From the sequence record NC_049827.1: 51,154 nucleotides of DNA. The stretch is one strand, 5' to 3'. Positions 43,968 through 51,154 of this stretch are shown one piece after another; the stretch's first letter is position 1, and every line of letters starts with the position of its first letter. The position numbers and the translations under genes were made by a program. The notes beneath the pieces were generated by a model. The model saw only the letters and a list, made by a program, of their open reading frames with translations, had not been told where the DNA came from and searched no databases. This stretch comes from Escherichia phage damhaus.

Positions 43968-45535
43968 TGCTGATTTGGGAAGACTTAACAGCGGCGCAGA
44001 AACGCGCCGTTAAGGAAATGAGCGAATATTCATTCGAAAAGATGATCCGCATCTGGTTTCAATTATTGCAAGGTCAGAAATTCTTAGGAAACTGGCATTT
44101 CAGCTACCTATGCAGCGAAGTTGAAAAAATCATCAAAGGCGAGTCACAGAATGTAATTTTCAACATAACGCCAGGCAGCGGTAAAACAGAGATATTCTCG
44201 ATCCATATGTCACCTTATGCGTCATTGAAAAGTAAGAAGGTGCGAAATCTTAATCTTTCGTTTAGTGATGGCCTTGTCCAGCAGAATAGCAACCGAATTA
44301 AGGAGATTATTGGTTCTCCAGAATGGCAGGAGCTATGGCCTGGAAAGCTGGCAAAGGCGAGCGCAAAGGATTTGATTGTAACCGATGGCGGCAAGGTTAA
44401 GTTACAAGTTAACTCGCGTTCTATCGGTGGCCAGGTTACTGGTCTGCGTGGTGGCTACATGGACGATGGATTTACTGGTATGCTGGTTCTTGACGATCCA
44501 GACAAGCCGGATGACATGCTTTCTAAGGTAAAGCGCGAAGCCGGACACATGCGCCTAAAGAACACAGTGCGATCGCGTCGAATGAAGGACACAACGCCAA
44601 TCGTAATGGTCCAGCAACGTCTACACGTCAATGATTCAACATGGTTCATGACAAACGGAGGTATGGGCGGCATCCAGTTTAAGGTTGTTAGCATTCCGGC
44701 GCTAGTTACTAAGGAATATCGCGAAACGCTTCCTGATTGGTTAAAGCCTGAGTTTGATCGCGATGTTTTGTCCAGTAAGCCAGTGATGATTGATGGAGTT
44801 GCTCATTATTCATTCTGGCCTGCTAAGGAAAGCGCGGAGGAATTGCTTGCGCTTCGAAATGCTGATCCGTACACGTTCGCTAGTCAGTATCAGCAACAGC
44901 CTGTTGCGCTTGGCGGTAACGTGTTTAAAACAGAGTGGTTTCAGTATTACGGCAGCAGCGAAAAATGCACGCTACCAAAACCGGATCGCTTTGAATATAC
45001 ATTTATCACGGTTGATACCGCACAGAAAACAGGGGAGCTTAACGACTATTCCGTGATCTGTTATTGGGGGATGTATAAAGATCGTGTTTACTTCATTGAT
45101 GGTGTTCGCGGAAAATGGGAAGCACCGGACCTTGAGACGAATTTTGTTGCATTCGTTAATCAGTGCTGGAAGCGCAATAAAGAATGCGGAACGTTGAGAA
45201 GGATTCATGTTGAAGATAAATCGTCTGGCACTGGTTTGATTCAGAGTGCAGCGAAAAAAATCATGATCAAGATCAATCCCGTTCAGCGAGATAAAGATAA
45301 GGTTACGCGAGCAATGGACGCAGCGCCAGTAATGCGCGCCGGACGCGTAGCACTTCCAGAATCGCATCCTATGCTGGCTGAGATACTCGCTGAAGTTGCG
45401 GCGTTTACATTCGATGATTCGCATCCTCATGATGATATTGTTGATAACATCATTGATGCGGTTAACATTGAAATGAACATGGCAGATGATCCGGTAGGAA
45501 GAATGAAAAAATTGGCAGGTTTGCGGAACAAATAG
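43967..45535 (+). CDS. terL: terminase large subunit
   Basis: 522 aa; Walker A (PGSGKTE); size and position upstream of portal. Confidence 0.8.
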   Translation: MLIWEDLTAAQKRAVKEMSEYSFEKMIRIWFQLLQGQKFLGNWHFSYLCSEVEKIIKGESQNVIFNITPGSGKTEIFSIHMSPYASLKSKKVRNLNLSFSDGLVQQNSNRIKEIIGSPEWQELWPGKLAKASAKDLIVTDGGKVKLQVNSRSIGGQVTGLRGGYMDDGFTGMLVLDDPDKPDDMLSKVKREAGHMRLKNTVRSRRMKDTTPIVMVQQRLHVNDSTWFMTNGGMGGIQFKVVSIPALVTKEYRETLPDWLKPEFDRDVLSSKPVMIDGVAHYSFWPAKESAEELLALRNADPYTFASQYQQQPVALGGNVFKTEWFQYYGSSEKCTLPKPDRFEYTFITVDTAQKTGELNDYSVICYWGMYKDRVYFIDGVRGKWEAPDLETNFVAFVNQCWKRNKECGTLRRIHVEDKSSGTGLIQSAAKKIMIKINPVQRDKDKVTRAMDAAPVMRAGRVALPESHPMLAEILAEVAAFTFDDSHPHDDIVDNIIDAVNIEMNMADDPVGRMKKLAGLRNK

Positions 45536-45550
45536 CACGAATCGACAAAC
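45530..45550 (+). promoter_or_regulatory. conserved intergenic box, degenerate copy
   Basis: AAATAGCACGAATCGACAAAC overlapping the TAG stop of terL; TATATAAT and a canonical terminator follow. Confidence 0.5.
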
Positions 45551-45563
45551 CAATATATAATCA

Positions 45564-45589
45564 AAGGCTGGTAAATCCAGCCTTTTTTA
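45564..45589 (+). terminator. rho-independent terminator
   Basis: AAGGCTGG-TAAAT-CCAGCCTT hairpin followed by TTTTTT. Confidence 0.7.
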
Positions 45590-45603
45590 TTGGAGGAAAG
45601 ATA

Positions 45604-46884
45604 ATGAGTAAATCACGAATCGTTAAGGCTGACGGCTACAACGAGATCTTTAAAGGCGAGAATTGCAAATCGCGAGTAGAGCAACCATTCTACATGCAGT
45701 CAATGCCATACAAGACGCTTGCTGACTTTTACGAAAAAGATGGCCTGGCAAAAAGGATTATTGACGTAGTACCAGAGGAAATGGTTTCCCCTGGCTTTAC
45801 TGTTGACGGCGTGGCAGACGAGGCAGCATTCCGTTCTTTGTGGGATGAGAAGCGATTGAATGCAAAAATCATTGATGCGCTTTGCTGGTCGCGTTTGTTT
45901 GGCGGATCTGCAATCATTGCTCTTGTTCAGGATGGGCGAGCGCTCAAATCACCTGTAAAGCCTGGTGCCATGCTGGAAGATGTGCGAGTTTACGATCGTT
46001 ATCAGATTCGCGTTGAAGCGCGAGAAACAAATCCCCGCAAGGTTCGCTATGGTGAGCCAGTGCTTTACACTGTAACGCCAGGCGGAGACTTGCCGGAATA
46101 CCAGGTACACTACACGCGAGTTTGCATTATCGACGGTGAGCGGATACCTAACGCAAAGCGACGCAGCAATGATGGCTGGGGTGAGTCAGTTCTTAACAAG
46201 AGACTTGTTGAGTCTATTGTTGATTATAACTATTGTGAAACATTGGCAACGCAATTATTGCGGAGGAAACAACAGGCGGTATGGAAGGCTAAAGGACTTG
46301 CTGACTTGTGCGATGATGAGGAAGGTGTTAGCGCGGCACGCCTGAGACTTGCGCAGGTTGACGATGAGGGAGGCGTAGGTAGGGCCATTGGTATTGATGC
46401 TGAGGATGAGGAATATGATGTTCTTAACTCTGACATTAGCGGCGTTGATTCTTTTCTGGAAAAGAAAATGGATCGCATAGTTTCCCTTTCAGGCATTCAT
46501 GAAATCATCCTGAAAAATAAAAACGTTGGCGGCGTTAGCGCAAGCCAAAATACGGCGCTTGAAACATTCTATAAGCTGATTGAAAGAAAACGCGTTGAGG
46601 ATTACAAGCCTATCCTTGAATTTCTATTGCCGTTCATCATTAGCGAGCAGGAGTGGAGCATTGAGTTTTCACCTTTGAGCGTACCTAGCGATAAAGATCA
46701 GGCTGAAATTCTGAATAAGAATATCGACTCAATCAGCAAGGCTATTGATGGTCAGTTCCTTGATGTTGAAGAAGCGCGAGACACGTTGCGAGCAATCGCC
46801 CCAAGCGTTAAACTAAAGGACACTAATAAAATCAAGCTGCCGGAGCCAGCGGAGCCGGAGCCAGGCACACAGGGGAATGAGTAA
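45604..46884 (+). CDS. portal protein
   Basis: 426-aa ORF directly downstream of terL; acidic C-terminus. Confidence 0.7.
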   Translation: MSKSRIVKADGYNEIFKGENCKSRVEQPFYMQSMPYKTLADFYEKDGLAKRIIDVVPEEMVSPGFTVDGVADEAAFRSLWDEKRLNAKIIDALCWSRLFGGSAIIALVQDGRALKSPVKPGAMLEDVRVYDRYQIRVEARETNPRKVRYGEPVLYTVTPGGDLPEYQVHYTRVCIIDGERIPNAKRRSNDGWGESVLNKRLVESIVDYNYCETLATQLLRRKQQAVWKAKGLADLCDDEEGVSAARLRLAQVDDEGGVGRAIGIDAEDEEYDVLNSDISGVDSFLEKKMDRIVSLSGIHEIILKNKNVGGVSASQNTALETFYKLIERKRVEDYKPILEFLLPFIISEQEWSIEFSPLSVPSDKDQAEILNKNIDSISKAIDGQFLDVEEARDTLRAIAPSVKLKDTNKIKLPEPAEPEPGTQGNE

Positions 46885-47648
46885 TGAAAGTGAAGGGCGT
46901 CGTTAAACAATGGCGCTTTCCTGAAGCAAGCGAGCGGCAATTTAGCCGCTCAATTCAGGAGGCAATTAGAGATCTTGTGGTTCTCATGCGCAAGCGAACA
47001 AAAGCGATGAAGTTTGACGCAACAGATAATGAGATCAACAGCGCAGAAGATGAAATTAACGGCCTGGCAACTGACCTTATAGCTGGCATTGTTTCAACTC
47101 TTCCTGCAATCGCGTTGACCATTTATAAATTCAATGCGAAGCAGTTTATCAATGTTGCCAAGTCAACTGGAGGAAAGGATAATACGGCGGTAATTGTTTT
47201 GATCGCGGTTGGAGCTAACGCTAACGAGGAGTGGTATCAGACGCTTTACGGGCAATGGCACGGACTCACAGAATCATCGCTAAGGAAGTTGTTTACAAAT
47301 ATTGTGTCTGACTGGTCAACAAACATTCGCAATGCAAACTTTCGCGGAAGCAATGATAAACAGGTTAATGATCTTGCAGAAAAGAGATTTGCTGTTTATA
47401 GCTCCTGGGGTAAAACGAGATCAGAAAACATTATCGGCGCGTGGAATAGTCGCCTGATGCGCCAGCGTCTTTATGATGCTAAGGTAACTCATTATTTCTG
47501 GCATGGAATGTTAGATGATAGAGAGCGATTGCAGCATGTGTTATGGGAAGGTAAAAGAATAGCTCTTGATGCAATTCATGATTTCCCTGGTGAGCCGTGG
47601 GGTTGCCGTTGCTGGGCGATTCCAGATTGGAATAGTAAAGGAGAGTAA
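46884..47648 (+). CDS. head morphogenesis / minor capsid protein
   Basis: 254-aa ORF coupled to portal gene; positional inference. Confidence 0.5.
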   Translation: MKVKGVVKQWRFPEASERQFSRSIQEAIRDLVVLMRKRTKAMKFDATDNEINSAEDEINGLATDLIAGIVSTLPAIALTIYKFNAKQFINVAKSTGGKDNTAVIVLIAVGANANEEWYQTLYGQWHGLTESSLRKLFTNIVSDWSTNIRNANFRGSNDKQVNDLAEKRFAVYSSWGKTRSENIIGAWNSRLMRQRLYDAKVTHYFWHGMLDDRERLQHVLWEGKRIALDAIHDFPGEPWGCRCWAIPDWNSKGE

Positions 47649-47651
47649 TTA

Positions 47652-48764
47652 ATGAAGGCAAAACAAAGATTTGATAGCGTCCAAGTTAAGGCGCATTTTG
47701 ATGATAATGGCTTTTTAGTGGATCGCCCAATTGTGGCGCGAATTGGCTTGCAGGAGTATCACACGCCGTATGGAATCAGACGAGAGTTCAGACCAGCGTC
47801 AGAGGTGTTCAAAGCTGATTCCCTTGCCACGTTCGCAGGCAAGCCGATCACTATCGGTCACGTCACGGTAACACCGGACAATGCGGATCAGGTTGTTGTT
47901 GGTTCATGCGCTGGCGCTGGTGTTCCTAATGGGATTGGCGTTGAAGTTCCGTTAAGCATTTACTCAAAGCGAGCAATTGAGAGTGCAAAAAAGAAAGATA
48001 CGGCTGAAATTTCAGTTGGTTACACATCAATTGATATTGATAAACCAGGATGGGGCAACAATAAAACTGGTGATTACTTATTTGATGAAGACCTTAAAGA
48101 AGACTGGAAGCCTGATTCTCCTGATTGGGTCAAATTTGACGCCATTCAGACGAATATCCGTGTCAACCACATTGCGCTTGTCTTTCGTGGTCGTGCTGGC
48201 ATTGCCAAATTAAATCTTGATAGTGAACAAGATTTTCCGTATAGTGACGAGGTTCTAAATGACAAAGGAGATGAGGAAATGACAGTGAAAATTAAACTTG
48301 ATGGCGCGGTAGAATTTGATGTTCCAAAGGCCGTTGCTGATCATATTGAGGCGTTAAAGGCAGATGCAAAAGCTGCAACCGAAAAAGCTGATGGCCTTGA
48401 GGCCGAGCGCGACGCCCTGAAAACTAAAGTCGATGGAATTCCGGCGCAGATTGCAGAAGCTGTTAAGAAGGCAAAGACTGACGCAGAAGAACACGCCAAG
48501 CTGGTTGCAGATGCAACTGAAATTGGCATCAAGTGTGACGGCTTGGACGCTAAAGCGATCAAGGTTGCTTACGTCAAAGAAGTCACTGGCGCTGATATTT
48601 CAGAAAAAGCCGATGCATATATTGAAACAGCTTTTGACCTTGCGAAGCAGTCTGATAAAATGGCGGCGCAGCGTAAATCTGTTAAGGGCGATTCTTTCGA
48701 ATCTGGCAAGAGTGAAAAAACCGACTCCCTTGATCCTACTGCGCGTTTGAAAAAACTTAAATAA
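47652..48764 (+). CDS. putative scaffolding protein / prohead protease
   Basis: 370 aa; C-terminal half charged and helical (repetitive K/A/E/D); position between head morphogenesis and capsid genes. Confidence 0.5.
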   Translation: MKAKQRFDSVQVKAHFDDNGFLVDRPIVARIGLQEYHTPYGIRREFRPASEVFKADSLATFAGKPITIGHVTVTPDNADQVVVGSCAGAGVPNGIGVEVPLSIYSKRAIESAKKKDTAEISVGYTSIDIDKPGWGNNKTGDYLFDEDLKEDWKPDSPDWVKFDAIQTNIRVNHIALVFRGRAGIAKLNLDSEQDFPYSDEVLNDKGDEEMTVKIKLDGAVEFDVPKAVADHIEALKADAKAATEKADGLEAERDALKTKVDGIPAQIAEAVKKAKTDAEEHAKLVADATEIGIKCDGLDAKAIKVAYVKEVTGADISEKADAYIETAFDLAKQSDKMAAQRKSVKGDSFESGKSEKTDSLDPTARLKKLK

Positions 48765-48776
48765 GGAGAAATAAAC

Positions 48777-49289
48777 ATGGCTACAATTGGAGCAAGCTAC
48801 TTTGCTGTAATGTCTCGTGCGTTACCTGGTCAGGTTTCTGACACTTCGGCTTATAATATTGATGGCGCTTGTGTTCTTGAGAATGCGGCAGGCAATCAGA
48901 ATCAGTCTGTTTTTGTTGGTGTGGCGGTCCAGCATGGCGGCGTTGACGCTATGGGCAATAAGCTAATTAAGCCGATGGCGGCAAGCGGCAAGGCTTACGG
49001 CGTTGCAATTCGATCTCACTTTCAGACAACTTCGTCTGACGGTCGAATGATTTATGAATCTGGCGGCGGAATCAACGTAATGACTGAAGGGCGTGTTTGG
49101 ATGTTGGCTAAAGACGCCTCCGCGCCAGCGTTCGGCACTACAATCAAACTGTCTGACGATGGTCAGGTTGATACCGGGTCTGGCACTATCGAAACAAACT
49201 GGATCGCGACTGGTGATTTCACCAAGTTTCAAGACTTGAAGCTGGTAGAGGTTCAGGTGCAAAAAGTTCCGGCAGTTTCAGCAGGTTAA
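48777..49289 (+). CDS. putative capsid decoration / structural protein
   Basis: 170-aa ORF with GGAGA RBS upstream of major capsid gene; paralog of next ORF. Confidence 0.5.
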   Translation: MATIGASYFAVMSRALPGQVSDTSAYNIDGACVLENAAGNQNQSVFVGVAVQHGGVDAMGNKLIKPMAASGKAYGVAIRSHFQTTSSDGRMIYESGGGINVMTEGRVWMLAKDASAPAFGTTIKLSDDGQVDTGSGTIETNWIATGDFTKFQDLKLVEVQVQKVPAVSAG

Positions 49290-49295
49290 TAAATA

Positions 49296-49320
49296 CGGCG
49301 CTCACTGAGCGCCTTTTTTA
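49296..49320 (+). terminator. rho-independent terminator
   Basis: GGCGCTC-ACT-GAGCGCC hairpin followed by TTTTTT. Confidence 0.7.
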
Positions 49321-49334
49321 TATTTGGAGTTCTC

Positions 49335-49769
49335 ATGAGTGATTATTCAGTCATTGTTGGCGCTGAGTCGCCAGGGTGCATGGTCGATTCTTCAATAATG
49401 GTGATTAACGGATCTTTCGTGTGCGGAGATGAATTTATTGCGCCAGGTAAGATTGTGCGACTATCACATATAACAAATGGATACAAAATAGCAAGTGTTA
49501 ATGGGGATCTCGTTATTGGCGTGGCAGTAAGGCCGCCGGACTCGTGCATATATGAGGAGGGCGATCCAGTTAATGTGGTTAGTCGAGGTAGTGTTTGGTG
49601 CTTAACTTCTGAGAGCGAAGCGCCAGAATATGGAGATAAAGTATTTGTAACGCAAGATGGATATGCGGCATACAGTGAAGGCGACTTGCTGATTGGTTGG
49701 ATCTTTACTGGCGAACATGTAAAGGTTGATCATGATTCATATATTGTCGGGGTAAGCATTGACTCATAA
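49335..49769 (+). CDS. putative capsid decoration / structural protein (paralog)
   Basis: 144 aa sharing the G(V/I)A(V/I)R ... VW(M/C)L ... A(P/E) pattern with the preceding ORF. Confidence 0.5.
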   Translation: MSDYSVIVGAESPGCMVDSSIMVINGSFVCGDEFIAPGKIVRLSHITNGYKIASVNGDLVIGVAVRPPDSCIYEEGDPVNVVSRGSVWCLTSESEAPEYGDKVFVTQDGYAAYSEGDLLIGWIFTGEHVKVDHDSYIVGVSIDS

Positions 49770-49787
49770 CACAAAATTATGTTGCAC

Positions 49788-49806
49788 GTTTAACAAAAAA
49801 TGCTAT
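49788..49806 (-). promoter_or_regulatory. conserved intergenic box, inverted degenerate copy (late region)
   Basis: GTTTAACAAAAAATGCTAT on + strand upstream of the major capsid gene, followed by a hairpin and RBS. Confidence 0.5.
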
Positions 49807-49852
49807 CATTGGTCCGTTACATACTAACGGCCTTTATATATGGAGGAAGAAA

Positions 49853-50827
49853 ATGGAAAAAGAAAAATTTGATCAGCTAGATGCGGATATTGTTTCTAGC
49901 TATCTGGCTACTCGCGGCGTTAAAGGTGATGCGTCCGATATGGGTATTTGGACCGCTCAAGAACTGCATAAGATTCGCTCTAATGCTTACGAGAAAGAAT
50001 ATCCGGCAGGTTCGGCGCTTCGTGTATTCCCTGTAACTAATGAGCTTTCTGATACTGATAAGACTTTTGAATATCAGATGTTTGACAAAGTTGGTTACGC
50101 AAAAATTATCGCTGATTACACCGACGACCTGCCGACCGTTGATGCGCTGATGTCTAGCGAATTCGGTAAAGTGTTCCGCTTGGGTAACGCGTTCTTGATC
50201 TCAATTGACGAAATCAAGGCTGGTCAGCGTACTGGTAAGAGCCTTTCTACTCGCAAGGCAAACGCAGCGCAAAACGCTCATGATCAGGAAGTTAACCGCT
50301 TAGTGTTTAAGGGTTCAAAGCCGCATAAGATTCTTTCTGTGTTTGAACATCCTAACCTGACAAAGATCGTGTCAACTGGCTGGTTAAGTTCTGATGAAAA
50401 CACCAAGTTCCCACAGGCGGCATCTGATGAACTGGAAAAGGCTATTGAAACCATTCAGACCATTACCAATGGTCAGCACCGCGCAACCAATATCCTGATT
50501 CCGCCGTCTATGCGCAAGGTTCTTTCAGTTCGAATGGAAAACACCACTGAAAGTTATCTGGAATACTTCCAGAAACAAAACAGCGGGATCACCATCGATT
50601 CAATCGCAGAGCTTGAGGATATTGATGGCGTTGGAACGAAAGGTTGCCTGGTATATGAGAAAGACCCGATGAACATGTCGATCGAAATTCCAGAAGCATT
50701 TAACATGCTTCCGGCGCAACCAAAAGATCTGCATTTCAAAGTTCCGTGCACTTCAAAATGTACTGGCCTGACGATTTACCGTCCGTTTACGCTAGTACTT
50801 ATTACTGGCTTGAAAAAATCAGGTTAA
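49853..50827 (+). CDS. major capsid protein
   Basis: 324-aa ORF with GGAGGAAG RBS, strong terminator downstream, position after decoration-like genes. Confidence 0.7.
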   Translation: MEKEKFDQLDADIVSSYLATRGVKGDASDMGIWTAQELHKIRSNAYEKEYPAGSALRVFPVTNELSDTDKTFEYQMFDKVGYAKIIADYTDDLPTVDALMSSEFGKVFRLGNAFLISIDEIKAGQRTGKSLSTRKANAAQNAHDQEVNRLVFKGSKPHKILSVFEHPNLTKIVSTGWLSSDENTKFPQAASDELEKAIETIQTITNGQHRATNILIPPSMRKVLSVRMENTTESYLEYFQKQNSGITIDSIAELEDIDGVGTKGCLVYEKDPMNMSIEIPEAFNMLPAQPKDLHFKVPCTSKCTGLTIYRPFTLVLITGLKKSG

Positions 50828-50839
50828 TCGTATAACATT

Positions 50840-50870
50840 GGGGAATCCTTAACTGGATTCCCTTTTTTAT
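50840..50870 (+). terminator. rho-independent terminator after capsid gene
   Basis: GGGAATCC-TTAACT-GGATTCCC hairpin followed by TTTTTT. Confidence 0.7.
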
Positions 50871-50883
50871 TGGAGGTTATGAA

Positions 50884-51154
50884 ATGGCTAAAGAAAAAAC
50901 TGTAACGCTAAAGGTTTCCGGCGTGTGCCTTATCATTGTTGATGGTGAGCATTATCATCCAGGCAAAGAGTTTGACGTAGAAGAATCAAAATTGAAAACA
51001 AGCGCGTTTGAATATCTAATTGCAAAAGGCGATCTGGAGGTTAAAGACAACTCCGCATTGAACGAAGAAATCAAACAGAGCGCAGCAAGCAAACGTAAAA
51101 AAGACCCACGAGAGGGCAAGAGCAAAGCCGAACTTGAAGACGGCGGCATCTATT
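50884..51154 (+). CDS. hypothetical structural protein (partial, runs off window end)
   Basis: ATG with GGAGG RBS after the capsid terminator; open to the last base; not in ORF track because no stop is reached. Confidence 0.5.
   Translation, partial: MAKEKTVTLKVSGVCLIIVDGEHYHPGKEFDVEESKLKTSAFEYLIAKGDLEVKDNSALNEEIKQSAASKRKKDPREGKSKAELEDGGIY

Noticed and set aside
24528-45550. Possibility that the recurring 22-bp box is a CRISPR array
   Set aside because: Copies are 0.4-5 kb apart, separated by protein-coding genes, occur in both orientations and have conserved flanking leaders; no regular repeat-spacer periodicity.
1-51154. Lysogeny functions (integrase, CI-like repressor, attachment site)
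   Set aside because: No recombinase-sized ORF with integrase motifs and no repressor/Cro switch; gene content fits a virulent T1-like phage.

Overview
The window reads as a complete or near-complete genome of a virulent T1-like siphovirus (Drexlerviridae-type); this is inferred from gene content and order, not from a database search. Modules: head-tail joining genes (32-1640); a lambda-like tail module (major tail protein, chaperone with -1 frameshift, tape measure, M/L/K/I-like proteins, J-like tip protein, 1646-11892); two small receptor-binding-protein-like genes with a convergent Cor-like lipoprotein (11936-13141); a recombination module (exonuclease, ERF-like annealase, SSB, 13643-16263); a minus-strand block holding an isolated lateral tail fiber, primase and HTH regulator (16278-21992); helicase, VRR-NUC nuclease, Dam methylase, HTH-phosphoesterase and a pinholin / SAR-endolysin / u-spanin lysis cassette (22082-28503); a minus-strand block of about 17 ORFs, mostly small, with a DUF3987-like ATPase and a small C5-methyltransferase-like protein (28517-34729); a plus-strand block of about 25 ORFs, mostly small and early-like, with a HAD phosphatase and a P-loop kinase (35406-43365); and terminase, portal, scaffold and capsid genes (43446-51154). 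No integrase, repressor, tRNA or CRISPR array was found. The most unusual feature is a conserved 22-bp intergenic box (consensus AAATAGCACTTTTTGTTAAAAC) present in at least 18 copies, usually overlapping the stop codon of the upstream gene and followed by a GC-rich hairpin, a TATAAT-like hexamer and a conserved leader. Two large non-coding switch regions carry canonical sigma70 promoters and share a degenerate TG/TA-rich element. CDS coordinates follow the supplied ORF track, with starts moved in frame where an RBS supports it; coordinates of intergenic motifs, hairpins and promoters were read by eye and may be off by 1-2 nt.
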